A stretch of 64,000 nt of DNA from Fistulifera solaris (taxonomy: Eukaryota): contig AP026139.1 of NCBI GenBank assembly GCA_030295235.1, positions 310,001 through 374,000 of the forward strand. The letters are read 5' to 3'. The notes beneath the pieces are model-generated. The model ran no database searches. It saw only the letters and a program-made list of their open reading frames with translations, and was not told the origin of the DNA. Below, piece after piece: positions 23,926 to 36,342 of this stretch (positions are counted from its first letter, which is position 1; each line of letters starts with the position of its first letter). The position numbers and the translations under genes are program-made.

Positions 23926-25772
23926 ATGTAAGTAGTAACACAGTTTTACGCTGCTTCTTGGAACAAATATATACGGTCAATTGAAAACGGCGTCGTTATT
24001 TCTCGTCTTTTATTTGTTTCTTCTCGGCTGTGCTGACGAGTCTTGTTTACAAAATTTCTTCTTCAAAGGGTCTCATTCCGTCGCAAGAAAAAGGAAGAAT
24101 CCACTGACAAGAAGGCTGACACCAAGATGACTTCCAAGAAAGAAGACAAGGTAGGCTTACGGATTATTTAGTGACAGATAAGTAGAACATTTCTCACTTT
24201 CAAATCATCAGCCCGCCACCAAAGCTACTGCCCCTAGCAAGCCTCCGACGCTTGATGACATTCCTGATTTAATCGATCAGATGCTCAATTCGAATGGCGA
24301 AAAAAGCGCAGCCGCTACCAAACGTATCTATGAACTATGCGACGTCGGTCACAAACAGAACCGCGTTCCCATGGTTTGCAGCGGAAAGTACGATGTCTTG
24401 ACGCCCTTGGCAAAGTGTTTGACACAGGAAAGTGGAGATGGACGTCACTTGGCCTGCTTGGCTTTAAACAACCTTTCGATTCCTACGGAAAACAAACGTG
24501 TGATGGCTCTTGGACCTGCTTCCAAGGATGTAATCGGAGGACTCTGCAAAGTGATCGCCGAAGACAAGCAGGAATCTTATTTGTGCTGCATTTGCCTCAT
24601 GAATCTTTTCTTTCCTTGAGGCAAGCATCACGTCTATCTTACAGTATTCTCCTTCTCTTGATGGCAAAGTTTTGAGTCCTTTGGATAATCCGGATTCTCT
24701 TCTGCGCGTCTTGGAGAAGCTGCTCGCAAACTCACCGGCTGTCCCCAAGTCAGGATCGGGCAAGTCGGAAGGTGTGCGCTGGGCTTGCGGTTTGATCAAG
24801 AACCTTGCGAAAAGCGAGGAAAATGCTGCTTTGATTGGAAAGACTGACATTCCGAAGTGCGTCGTGGAGAACATCCGAGCAACTACGGCTCCTCCCTCTC
24901 GCTGGACGTCCAACAGCTTGGAGGACTTTTCTCTGTTTGTTATTCTGAACCTCGCTCAGTGGCCTGTCTCGCGAGATACCCTTATTCGATCGGGAGCCGT
25001 AGATGTTATCAAACCTATCATGTCTGAGGGTGATCTCCAGGGACTCAAGGCGACCATGGCCTGCGCATTCCTTGGCGCCAAATGGGATGCTTTCCCAGAT
25101 GGCGGCAATCCAGCCGCCAAGGCTGTGTCGGAACTCATGACTAACATTGTCGAAAAGAAGGGAAAAGATGGGCAGTACGCTTACGGAGTTTTCAAGCTAT
25201 ACACTGCCACGAAAGCCTACCGCGATCTTGCCGTCTCTGCGGCCCGCGACGACTCGGAAGGAACTGAATCCAACACGAAGGTGCTCGCTTTCCCCTCAGC
25301 AGTTGCCCTTTGCTTGCAGATTGTTTCCGATCTTGTGATCTCTGCCATGGAGGATTCCGAGGGTGGATCCAAGTATGTCCCCGATGCCATGTCTGCTGAA
25401 TACGCTGTAGGTGCCTTCGAGGCTATGCTCCCAGCTATTCTTCAACCGGCGGATCCAGCACGTCAGTCGGTACAAAGCGAGAAAGCCGCGAGTGAAATCA
25501 GTCAAATGTTCCTTACGTATGTTGACGTGTCAGGAACGACCGATGAAGCCAAGAAAAGTGCCAGAAGCGTCGCGTCTAAGCTCAAAGAGGCGACGGGCGC
25601 TGCGCGACCCATTCTCGAAATCTCGCATGACTTGTGGAATCAATACCGAAAGCGAGAGGGACAACCGTTGGATCAATTTATTTCCAGCGAGAAGGGCATT
25701 GAAGCGGATATGAATGGTCCGCTTGATTTTCTTCCGTGCGCCAACTCGGAGGGCGGTTGCATCATCCTTTAA
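23926..25772 (+). CDS. Armadillo-repeat-like protein, full-length paralog; introns 23928-24068 and 24151-24211
   Basis: Spliced frame MVSFRRKKKEES..PSKPPTLDDIPDL joins ORF 24281; one indel near 24608 joins ORF 24672-25772. Confidence 0.75.
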
Positions 25773-26488
25773 ACGCAGTTCAAATAATGGTTAATACTTG
25801 TAGACGTGTGCTCCACAAAAGAAAGATTTGTGCAATTACATAGAGAAACCAGGTGAACCCCTGGTTAATGAATGATGCTTAAAAGTGCATGCTAACTATA
25901 GCTTTTATGGCTAGTTACTTTTGAACAGAACTCAATTCCTAAAATCTATCATCTAGCATGGGCAAAACATAGACTACTCGACTTTGTGGGCTTGTTTTAC
26001 CTACAGTATTTACAAAGTGAGGAGCACAGATATTCGTAAAGGTATCTCAGGAATTTAGTAGTTTGATTTATGAGACATGAAATGAGGCTGTCAATTGTCA
26101 ATCCTTATTTTTCCCAGACAGCCGGTTTCATTCTTTAGCTAAACTTAGCTGAGATAAGAAGGGTTAAGTGAGCATAGTAGGGCTTATGTATCCAAACTCA
26201 ATAAGACTGTAGGATAACCTGTATGAAATGCAGACGTGCATCGCGATCGTGCATCCCTAATTAGGACAAATCGGGACAAACGGCTTTCACGTTTATTCAG
26301 CTAAGTAAGAAACGAAATGTTCAAAGAAATCGACGGCATTGTGAGTGCATTTTTGTGTACACGTCCTTATTTGAATCCAATTGTTGGTCGATCCTTGGTC
26401 TTTTACGCCTCGTTTCGTTGGCCTTCACATCCTTCAACAAGTAATTGATGAAGCATTGAATATCTTTGAAGAAAACGTCAATGCAAGT

Positions 26489-27547
26489 ATGACTTATATC
26501 TCTTTCTCCGGTCTTCTTCTCATTCTGTGCGGCACGGTCATAGGGCAGTGCCCTCTCTGTTATGACGGATCCGACCCACCGGATCCGGATTTCGTCCCCG
26601 GTGGTAGACTGGACGACCTCACTTGCGATTCGTTGGCTTTCGGTGCGAGCGTCCCCGATCCGGAAGGCGATGGTCCTACCTGCGAAGACTGGCTTCTGAT
26701 CGGACTGCAATGCGGATGTCCCATTCCTCCTGGCGGTTGTCCTCTGTGCTACGACGGAAGCCGTCCTCCTTCCTTTCAAAAAGAAGTACTCAATTCAACC
26801 TGCGCTATTTTCATAAGTGCGGCAGGTACCCCGAATTCGGATCCACAAACCCCTACGTGCGATCAGTGGCTTCAAATCGGTGTACTTTGTGAATGCCCCG
26901 TTCCAGACGATGCGTGTGGACTCTGCGAAGACGGTTCGCCCATTCCAGACCCTGAATTGATGATTGGCGTCGATAAATGTTCGGATTTGATAGCACGTGC
27001 CGCATTTTCGGAAGGAGAAGAGTGCTCGTCGTTGCAAGCTACGGCCGGTGTGTACTGTGGCTGCTCGAATCCGATTGCGTCCGAGGGTTATTGCCGCATT
27101 TGCGGAAACGGAACGTTACTTCCCAATCCGAGCTTTGTTCCAGAAACGGACGACAACACCGAGAGAAGCTGCGGCCAATTAGAAATCAACCGCGAAGGAC
27201 TAGCATGCGATGAGCTGCAGAACCTGTACGCGGAAGCTTGTTGTAGCGCAGCTCCGGTGGCTGCTCCATCTGGCAATGTAGCTCCAACGGGCGACGAAGC
27301 TCCCGCTCCTGTGGAAACCCTCGCCCCGACGGCCGATGGAGCACCTGCTCCGGTAAGCGGTGGAGTACCTACGGTATCTCCAGAGGCTCCCGTGCCGGCG
27401 ACTCCCGTGAATCCGAGCCCTGTGGATTCTGGAAATTTTACAATTGCCCCAGCGCCAACGGGAACTTCTACTGGATCATCCTCCGCGGTAGGAAGGGGCT
27501 ACGAATTCCTGACGGCGATCTTTACCGCGGTCGTAATGGTTTGGTGA
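26489..27547 (+). CDS. Secreted Cys-rich repeat protein, probably GPI-anchored
   Basis: Signal peptide MTYISFSGLLLILCGTVIG; four CxxCxDG..P.P..C..CxC-type repeats; Pro/Ala/Thr stalk; SSSA plus hydrophobic C-terminus. Confidence 0.8.
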   Translation: MTYISFSGLLLILCGTVIGQCPLCYDGSDPPDPDFVPGGRLDDLTCDSLAFGASVPDPEGDGPTCEDWLLIGLQCGCPIPPGGCPLCYDGSRPPSFQKEVLNSTCAIFISAAGTPNSDPQTPTCDQWLQIGVLCECPVPDDACGLCEDGSPIPDPELMIGVDKCSDLIARAAFSEGEECSSLQATAGVYCGCSNPIASEGYCRICGNGTLLPNPSFVPETDDNTERSCGQLEINREGLACDELQNLYAEACCSAAPVAAPSGNVAPTGDEAPAPVETLAPTADGAPAPVSGGVPTVSPEAPVPATPVNPSPVDSGNFTIAPAPTGTSTGSSSAVGRGYEFLTAIFTAVVMVW

Positions 27548-27899
27548 GGACTATAAACAATGTTATATTTTACTTTAGAAGAACACATTTTTTGCAAACG
27601 TTCATCACCTAAAGGTCAAGTCCTTAGTAGCTTTTGATACTCTTCGAGTCAGCTATGGGTGAGAAACAAAGCTTCTTCGAAAGACTGAGTCTTTTGGATC
27701 TACACCTCGTCATCGCCTCTGCGTCTCGTCTGAGACAGGCTCTTTCGGTTGCAAGGACAAACTTCATCAGTGTGTATTCAAGACGTCGTTTGATTTGTAT
27801 CAAATCGCAAGTCTGATTCTTTGAGACATCTGGCAAAGAGACGGGGACCTCTAGTCATCCAAACGAAAGCGCCGCCGCGACGTTAGGACAAAGTCCGCT

Positions 27900-28973
27900 C
27901 TAGAGTACATGTATCCAGAACCAAGCTAGCCAGATACCCAAGTATGCAGTCACTCTTGCATCATACCGCTTCGTACCAGAAGTCGGAACGACTGATTCGC
28001 CTGCTGGTTCAGTCGCTGGAGCTATCGGCTGTGTAACTGGACTTGCTGGTCCTGTCGGCTGCGCAACGGTGCCTGTGAGCGGTGCCACTGGAGCAGAAAC
28101 TGGTATTTGTACCGGCGAACCGGTCGCCGTGCTCGCACTTGGAGGGGGGAGGCGCGACAGATACTGCAAGTCGATGAGGTGCGCCCTGTTTCAAATGAAT
28201 GACTAATAAACAACTCTAGACTTACCTTCGATACAGCCAAAGAATTGCTCCGGTGTCCCTGGCAGGGAAGGGTCGCCGTTTTGTGGGTAGGGTAAATTGC
28301 AATCCGATACCGTCGGACTGTACCATTCGGAGGGGAGAATTTTGACTTGGGAATTCCCTCCAGTAAAGTAGGCATCGTAATTGGGCGGCTTGCAGCTATT
28401 GGAAGTGATATATTTCCATTGTAAGAGTACTTCCTCTCCATGTATCCCCTGCGGCAGTTGATAATCATGGACGTATTCTGTATAACCTTCACTCCATCCT
28501 GCTAAATAGCCGCGATCCGGGTGAACAGGGTCGGCTGGGATATCGTACAACACGTCTTTGACGAACAGCAGCGAACGCGACGAGTCTGTAAAACAGTCCC
28601 AGTTGGAGGCGTGACCATTCGGACACGCTCGTATTTCAATGTGACCTCCGTGATGAACAGGAATGGTAAAATTCATACGAATCACGTCGCCGCTGTTGTA
28701 GGCACCCTGCGACTCCCAAGGAATGGGAATCCCCAACGAGTCGACCCATTCATCGTAATCATTCGTATCCGTGTATCCACAAACACCGTTGTTTCGATTC
28801 AAACAATGCGGACAGTATTCTTTCTTGGCTTTTCCTGCTTCTTGGCCGTCGGTTCCATTTTCGTGTGCTGCCCAGTTTCGGGAACGAGGGCTGCTGACAT
28901 AGCCGTGGCTGTGCACCAGCGACAAGAGGCTCGACAAACTGCCGAGGGAGGCAATCATTTGTTTGTGTTGCAT
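27900..28973 (-). CDS. Lytic polysaccharide monooxygenase (AA15/LPMO_10-like) with P/T linker and hydrophobic tail; intron 28225-28164
   Basis: Signal peptide then HGYVSSPRSRN (His1); HHGGHIEIRAC; LQWKYITSNSC; PEQFFGC; one homopolymer indel near 28145. Confidence 0.8.
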
Positions 28974-29479
28974 CGTTCGAATAGAGTATCCATCCAGACC
29001 TTTTACTTCAATATGTTGTTTGCTCTGATTCGAAACAGCGCTACTTTGATTAATAATTTACTTTCAAGACCGCAGTCGAAAAATGAAAAAAGGGTGCGAG
29101 ATGCAAGAAATTGTGGATATAGCAGTAGTCTAAAAGTGATACTCAAGTTCACAAGATTCAAATAGTGTACGATCCGGGACTTTTCGTATCAACTTTTCAT
29201 TCCCTCTTAAGGTGCCAAGTATGGGACATTAAAGCCCATAGACCATACAAAATTATCTAAGGAGCAGGAAGCCCTAGCTCGCGCTAGCTAGAGCTTCCAA
29301 CATGCACGATACATCTGATCCATACTCCATGACAGGATCCAATGATGTCAAAGTCAAGGAAAGATCCATTCGAGGAATACAAGCGCTTTAGATATTTCCG
29401 CCTTTTTCGCCGCGTGCCCTCTTGACTCTTACACGGCGAATATGAAAAGAGAAGACGTCAGGAAGGAGAAACGAAGCGA

Positions 29480-30628
29480 TTATAAAATGGACGATGCATC
29501 AACTTCCAAAATGAGGTGCCGATCTTCCTTTCCTAGCACCATAGGTTGATCTAGTGCGCGAATCATGGCCTTTCGCGCCATTTCCAGTGCCACTGGACCT
29601 TTTTCAAGTGCCCAAGGACCTGGTTGGGGCAGATTCCCAAGTAAAACAGAAATTACTTGAACTTCACCAATATCTTGCTTGTTAAGTGCTCTCCGGAAGT
29701 CGCTAGGACCCGGAGGGTTGTACAATGCGGTGCTCATTTGAATATGAATGATACGAGATTTGCGTTTCACAAATGGACCCAAGCCCTTCCAACCGTGCAT
29801 GTCGCCAATGCCACCATCGATCAGAACGTAGTCTTCCTGACTGTCGTCACATTTCCAACCGACTGGTTGAAATAGAATAGGAAACGTCGCCGAAGCACGA
29901 GCGGCACGCGCCATGCTACCACGTTGGAGAATCTTACCCTGGAGTGTTTGCAAATCGAAAGCCGAAATGGCCACGGGTAGTACCGCATCTTCCATTAGCA
30001 AGGACTGGTGCGGACGAGCTTCTCGTAGAAATTGATGGATGGTGGCTTGGAACGCATTGCCTCGGAAGACGGCAAGCAAGGCGGGAAAATCGGCAAATTT
30101 TGATACTGTTACATTGTTCGAACAAAACTCGGCAGCTTCGTTGGGTGATACTCCGGCGGATAACAGTATCGCTGCCATAGCTCCCGCCGATGCCCCGGCC
30201 ACCGATTTCACGCGTGAATTTTCAAAAATAGCCGGGTCGACTTGATCTTCCCAAGCCGCCAAGGCTCCAAAATAGCCATAAAATCCAAAGAATGCGGGCG
30301 CCAACGCCAAATGGAAGCCATCTGGATGCAGTAAGATGTCTCGTAATGTCATTTTTGGTTCCACGGGGCGATACGTTGGCGGCAGGTACTCCACATGAAA
30401 ACAATTTCCAACCTTGGAAAGAAGAACCGCCAAAATGACGATGCCGACGATATGGGCGTGTGCTTGCCAACCATTTCCGGTGGAAACTTTTCCTGCACTC
30501 TCTCTTATTCTATTGGGACGGCACATTGCTTGCTTACAAGTTAGTGGCGACGATAAGGCCAAGATAAAGGCGTATAAACAAAAACAACATGAGAAAAAGA
30601 GGCAAAGAACGACGTACACAGCACGCAC
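29480..30628 (-). CDS. Patatin-like phospholipase (start uncertain)
   Basis: GASAG nucleophile elbow, ASATFPILF, IDGG catalytic Asp. Confidence 0.85.
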   Translation of the reverse strand: MRAVYVVLCLFFSCCFCLYAFILALSSPLTCKQAMCRPNRIRESAGKVSTGNGWQAHAHIVGIVILAVLLSKVGNCFHVEYLPPTYRPVEPKMTLRDILLHPDGFHLALAPAFFGFYGYFGALAAWEDQVDPAIFENSRVKSVAGASAGAMAAILLSAGVSPNEAAEFCSNNVTVSKFADFPALLAVFRGNAFQATIHQFLREARPHQSLLMEDAVLPVAISAFDLQTLQGKILQRGSMARAARASATFPILFQPVGWKCDDSQEDYVLIDGGIGDMHGWKGLGPFVKRKSRIIHIQMSTALYNPPGPSDFRRALNKQDIGEVQVISVLLGNLPQPGPWALEKGPVALEMARKAMIRALDQPMVLGKEDRHLILEVDASSIL

Positions 30629-31148
30629 CGTGTCTTATTGGTCTTAATCCCAAAACGAATGGCAGGGAGCTAGGAGGGAAGATAAAAAGAAACACTTTGT
30701 TAACTGGTTCTAGTTAAACAAAACCAAGAAAAGGCCAACTATCACTATAATTCATTATATGTTACGAAAAGAGCTCATGATGACACAACCACATGGAATT
30801 CCTATTCGGGATATATCTATTGAGTCAATGACGGCCCTCTAGAGCTCGTTTCTCACTCCTGTGCATCGGAACTAAGTCTTTAGGTAAAATTAATCCTTAC
30901 ATACAAAGTAGCCACACGGGACGTTTCCTAGGAAAGGCCAGTGATCGCATCAATCAGTGTAGTACTTTTTCAAAGGGGTTGAATGGCTTGTTATTATAGA
31001 TCGAGTTCGTCGGTGGTACATTATCTACAACGTCCGGAATAAATTACGAAAAGAAAGGCCAATGGATCTATGATTTTTACGTCTTCTTTATCTCTATAAA
31101 TCAAAATCTGTACTTGGTGATTTGTTAACGGAGCTTCGTGGTTTGAGT

Positions 31149-31898
31149 CTATTTGAATCGTTGAAAAATATTCAAAACTATTGTTTTGCGGCTTGAGCAA
31201 ACCGCATCAATGATACAAAGGAATGTCATGATCACCGGTGAAGCAATCAGGTCTGTCATACGAAGCACTGAGTAATAATAAATCAGGACGGAGAAAGAAG
31301 CCACTAAATCGAGCGCTTTGCTTATCTTTCCTGCAGTAGATTCCCCTGGTTGTAGCCGCCGTTTGACTGTGTTCCTCATTGCAATGGGAATTCGATTCTT
31401 GACGTGATGCAAAACGAGCCCCCAATTTTGCTGCCAGAATAACTTTCCTAAAGGCGACCGCGAAGAAATACCATCTTTTTTTCGTAATTTCTGGCTGGCG
31501 AGATTAGCAACCCCCAACACGTACAATGCGCTAGTGCGTTCTCCTTCCATGTGATTCGTATGTTTCGTCTCCAAAAACCAGTTCCACGCAAACGACTCAG
31601 TTCCAGCACCTTCGAGACGCTGGTATCGTCGCTCGAGGAATGCCAGATAGTCATCGACATTGGCTTGTTGGATAAAAGACTGTTGATTCGCCAAAAGATC
31701 GTTTTTGACATGTCGGTGACTTCCCTGACCGAGAGCATGACGAGAATTCAAACCATGTTTAGGAAGTCGAAGGCTCAGACGGAAACGATTGAAAGAGTGC
31801 AAATATTGATAGGCGGACGCTTCGGATGACACTAAGGCGAGAGCTGTCATCCAGAGCAGTATTCTTTTCGTTGGTGCTGTCATTCGCACTTCTTCCAT
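31149..31898 (-). CDS. Hypothetical protein with signal-peptide-like N-terminus
   Basis: ~250 aa ORF; ILLWMTALALVSSEASAY; no family recognised. Confidence 0.5.
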   Translation of the reverse strand: MEEVRMTAPTKRILLWMTALALVSSEASAYQYLHSFNRFRLSLRLPKHGLNSRHALGQGSHRHVKNDLLANQQSFIQQANVDDYLAFLERRYQRLEGAGTESFAWNWFLETKHTNHMEGERTSALYVLGVANLASQKLRKKDGISSRSPLGKLFWQQNWGLVLHHVKNRIPIAMRNTVKRRLQPGESTAGKISKALDLVASFSVLIYYYSVLRMTDLIASPVIMTFLCIIDAVCSSRKTIVLNIFQRFK

Positions 31899-32623
31899 GT
31901 TAACTGAATAATTCTTTTTCAGCAACTGCGATCAGCTTTGACTTGGAATGAAGCTGCTAAGAAATGTTCGCCCCTTTGTCGTCCTATCATGATTACGTTC
32001 GGAGTCGTCGTCGATGCGATGGATCGGAACACACAAAAAAGAAGCCGTTGCGCGGCAAAAGTGGTGATCCAAGTTTGGATCGGCGCTCGCCAAACAGAAA
32101 GATACCGAAGACTATAGACCAAAACGTACGAATCGACACGGGACACGACTGCCATCTGTCATTACGGTATTGAAGTTCGAGAAGCTGCAATCCAATCAAA
32201 CTGCAAGCTACCAGCGACTGTTGTTTACAATGTACAAGGGAGTGTTACACAGTACTTCCAGTACCGTACCGGTACCGCTACGTTGGCATCGAATGATTGA
32301 TTGGTGCGTGAATTTTCGACCACGTGTCACCGAACCAATCACAGCCGCCGAGAATCGGGGGGATGACTATAATAATAAGCTGCTTTCGCCTTTCGCTTTA
32401 GGTCGATGATTATTACTGGTATAGCTCGAAGGTTCCGTCTAGAGCCAAAAGGTCCCCGAACTTCATTTAACTTACTAATTTTGAAAGAAGTAACTACCCA
32501 AAGCTCTATCGTCATCAGTCGTCTAGTTGACTACGAAACACGAGCTATCATTACATTGTTCCTATGAATAAAATAAGAATCTCCGCGGATGAAACCTCCC
32601 AAGGTATCTTTCGCGACGCATGA

Positions 32624-33211
32624 CTAAGAGCTTCCCTCCTTACTTGTAGAAGACTCCTCGTCTGGAGTCTCATTGTTGTTATCCGTAGGCCCGTCCTCTT
32701 CATTTCGCAGACCCTCCAGTTCTTCCTTGGTCAAAAAGCGTCCCCCCGGTCCTCGGGGACGTTTCATGGCATGATTGTGTCGACTTTCGTGCATATACGG
32801 CTTGCTTCGTTTACTCTGTTGTTCTCTCCGTTTCCGCGCAAAGTATTCTTCCATGATCCGTCGCGCATCGCGTCGTTTGAGAATGCGGGCGTATTGTTTG
32901 GGATTGACGTACGTCGGGAGTGTCGATTCTTCATTCATATTTTGATAGAGTGTGGCGGCGGTACCCGGTGCTACCGATGACAGTAAGGCCATGTGTTGAA
33001 ATAAGACACTGCCGGGGTCGAGTGGTTGCGTCTGTTGAAAGGCCGCTAAACTATTCGCAAATATCGCCCCCATGGCATTCGGATTCATCCATTGCTGTTG
33101 ATTATTATTTAATACTTGTTGTAGAAGTTGTGCAGTAATGGGCTGTTGTGGAGTTGCGCCGTTTGTAGTGTTATTCGAAGGAAACGAATCTTTCGATTGC
33201 GGTGCACTCAT
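32624..33211 (-). CDS. NFYA: Nuclear transcription factor Y subunit A (HAP2/CBF-B)
   Basis: YVNPKQYARILKRR..KPYMHESRHNHAMKRPRGPGGRFLT. Confidence 0.93.
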   Translation of the reverse strand: MSAPQSKDSFPSNNTTNGATPQQPITAQLLQQVLNNNQQQWMNPNAMGAIFANSLAAFQQTQPLDPGSVLFQHMALLSSVAPGTAATLYQNMNEESTLPTYVNPKQYARILKRRDARRIMEEYFARKRREQQSKRSKPYMHESRHNHAMKRPRGPGGRFLTKEELEGLRNEEDGPTDNNNETPDEESSTSKEGSS

Positions 33212-33660
33212 TGTGTGTATAAAGCGAGAAGAAGAAGCGCACAAAAGCTTTTTCGCGGTTCTCTTTCAAATAATCTAGTGCCGTTAACAAGCACCTTTTG
33301 TTTGGTAAAGCAAAACAATGGCGAAGCGAAGGTTATCGATTGCGTTTCAGAAATGATGATGATTCTTTCCTATTGCCTCATGTTGTTGTTGCGGTTTGCT
33401 CCCGAACCCCGAACTTCCTCTCATTTTGCGTGAAGGATTTGTCAGCAACGGTCGAGAGTCAAAAGTTAAGTACATGGTGCGGCTACACAATACCGCAAGC
33501 TCTAGTCCCGTAGCGACAATGAGTCAGTCGGGACGATTTTTCTCCATTCGTTTTCGCCTTTCTTTATACTCCGGAGTATTTTATTTCCGCCATTATCATT
33601 GAAACCATTACAACTTCCACTATTCCGCCATCTCTATCTTGTACATAGTTTCAAACAACC

Positions 33661-35444
33661 ATGTCATCCTGGTTGCGTGTCCTTACGGGGGCAAGGAAAG
33701 TCGCGCAAGCGGCATGTCAGCAAACAGATTGGAATGCCAAAGCCATTCGTACGGCTCAACATGGTCGACAAATCATGGATTCTCTGCATAAACAATACGA
33801 GACCATGTCGATAACTTCGGCTACGACGGGAGTATCGAACGATAGGTTACAAACAGAAACAATACAGTCAATGAATACGAATATACCCTCCTCGACACCA
33901 GCACCTTTTTCAACATCGACCAAGGAAACAACGGAAGTACAGCAGCCAGAAAAAGCCAGTACTTTCAAAACTGCTTACAATGAACTCACACAGCCCCCGC
34001 TTGAATTATCGAATCGGAGTTTCGCCTCACCCGGTACAGCAGCCTCGACACAAGTACCCGACAAACCACCCAAAGACTTTTCCCAAGGATCCGCGGTGCC
34101 ATCGTCACGGTTTGGTCGGGCCTTTGGTTTTGCTCGTCTCGGTGCGGGTCTCGTGTGGGGGACCGCCGCGGAAGGACTGAATCGTTTGGTGACCGGCCAG
34201 TCCAAAATATCTTCGATTGTGGTCAATGACGCGAATGCCCATCGATTGGCGGCCGCACTCTGTCGAATGCGGGGTGCGGCCCTCAAATTGGGACAAATGC
34301 TCAGCATCCAAGATCAATCCTTATTGCCGGAAGCACTGAGTCGAGCCTTAGAGCAAGTAAGACAAGGTGCGGAAGCGATGCCGCAGTATCAGTTGGAACA
34401 ACAAATGCAACAACAGTTGGGTGCCGATTGGCGACAGCGATTTGAAACCTTTGACGGCCATCCCATGGCCGCGGCGAGTATCGGACAAGTTCATAAAGCC
34501 ACATTGCCAGATGGGCGAACTGTAGTCGTTAAAGTCCAATATCCAGGAGTTGCGGAATCGATTGAATCGGACTTACGGAACTTGACCATGTTGATCAATC
34601 TGTCCGGATTGGCACCCAAGGGATTGTTTATTGACAAAGTCTTGAGTGTCGGACAAGCCGAACTAAGCCTGGAATGCGATTACGTTCGTGAAGCGGAACA
34701 TCAAATACGCGTTCGACAATTAGTGAATGAGGATCCCGTCTTGTCCACCGTACATCGATTCCAAGTTCCCGCTGTAATACCGGAATTATCGACGGAACGG
34801 GTTTTGACAACAGAATTTTGTCCCGGTAGTACCATTGATGTCGTGGCCCACTTGAGTCAAGAAGAGCGCAACCGGATTGCCAAAACCATTCTTTATTTGA
34901 CTTTTAAGGAAATCTTTGTCTGGCGTCTGATGCAAACCGATCCCAATTGGGGGAACTTTCTGTACGATGTGGGTACACAAACAACATCGTTGATTGATTT
35001 TGGCGCTACACGGGAGTACTCGAAGGAATTTATGGACGGTTATTTGCGCATGGTGTGGGCATCTGCAAACCGGGATGCTCCGACCTTGTTGGAGCAATCA
35101 CGACGCATGAAATTTTGACGGGAGACGAAAATGAGACAATGATCGATGCACATATTATGAGTGGTTACACGGTAGGAGAACCGTTTTGGTCCGACGAACC
35201 CTTCGATTTCCGTGGCTCCAACATTAGCTCTCGTTTGAGTGGTCACATGGCCGTCTTTATGAAACACCGATTGACCGCCCCGCCGGAAGAAGTGTATACC
35301 TTGCATCGTAAAATTGCGGGAGCCTTTATGCTGTGTATCAAATTGAATGCTAAAATCCGGTGCCGCGATATCTTATACAATATTGTCAAAGACTATGCGT
35401 TTGAAGATGGACTCGACCGGCCTGTGTTAGAGCTGATCGCATGA
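33661..35444 (+). CDS. COQ8: Atypical ABC1 kinase COQ8/ADCK3-4 (indel near 35115)
   Basis: RGAALKLGQMLSIQD, AAASIGQVH, VKVQYPGV, MQTDPNWGNF, DFGA, PPEEVYTLHRKIAGAF. Confidence 0.92.
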
Positions 35445-35494
35445 TGAAAAGCTAATACGGATATAAGCTGTCATAATAATTTTATAAATGAGTC

Positions 35495-36112
35495 TTAACT
35501 CACGGCTACGTTTCGTAGTCTATTTCGCCATTCTTTCAAATACGAGTCGGAGGCGTCGCTCTCTTTAGAAGGATTGCTGGAATCCTTTTCGACTTTCTTG
35601 AGAGAAGAGAGCTTCCCTTGTAAGCTGTCCTCACTAATACCAAGCGCTGTCGTAGCTTTGGACTTGGCTTGCACTTTGAGTGTCTTGAGCTTTTGTTTCC
35701 GAGCTTCTTCAGGATTCTCAACCTGGCGTAACTTCTTTTTCGTTTCCGACATGGCTGACATGACAGCTTGTAAGCTCGGGTCTTTGTAATTCGATTGCTT
35801 CTTTTGAGCGTGTATTTTTGCTTCCCATTCTAGTTCTTTGGCCGTCAATTGTCTGCGTGTGTCTTTGCGTGGATTGTTGCTGTCGTTGTTATTGTCATTA
35901 CTGCGGAGGAATCTTCGGAATGCACAGTATAGAATGGCGGTTCCCGCAAACAAGTACATTTCGAAAGATATATTTTCCAGTGCCTTCCTTAAAAACTTCT
36001 CTAGTTGTTCTATTCGTTGATCCGATTTCTTATCGGTAAAAAAGATTCGACCCAATGTTTGGTCCGCCAAACTGCGCACCGATGCGAAGGATGAATCCAG
36101 CCACAGGGACAT
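35495..36112 (-). CDS. Single-TM protein with possible tandem WH2-like motifs
   Basis: TM MYLFAGTAILYCAF; helix + LRQV, LKKV and LRNV motifs. Confidence 0.55.
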   Translation of the reverse strand: MSLWLDSSFASVRSLADQTLGRIFFTDKKSDQRIEQLEKFLRKALENISFEMYLFAGTAILYCAFRRFLRSNDNNNDSNNPRKDTRRQLTAKELEWEAKIHAQKKQSNYKDPSLQAVMSAMSETKKKLRQVENPEEARKQKLKTLKVQAKSKATTALGISEDSLQGKLSSLKKVEKDSSNPSKESDASDSYLKEWRNRLRNVAVS

Positions 36113-36318
36113 GCTTTCTTCGACGCTCCGTGAATCACTACGCCCTGTTGTCTCAATCTACAATTGCACTACTCAAAATGTGACTTGCAGCAGAATTGAG
36201 AGGAACGTGCTGCTTTTGTTTTTGTCTAAGATTAGGAACAAGTGCAGTCAATAGGGCGCAATTTTCCAGTTTATGTGTAAAAACGAAAATGACTCCAGCT
36301 CCATCAATGTCTAACACG

Positions 36319-36342
36319 TTAGGGGTTTAGGGGTTAGGGTTT
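36319..36342. repeat. Telomere-like / telo-box tract
   Basis: TTAGGGGTTTAGGGGTTAGGGTTT between divergent genes. Confidence 0.6.

Noticed and set aside
35100..35130. TGA in COQ8 as a selenocysteine codon
   Set aside because: Adding one T restores KFLTGDEN and the downstream frame differs, so it is an indel
36319..36342. Telomerase RNA template
   Set aside because: The tract is irregular and I see no supporting promoter, terminator or structure
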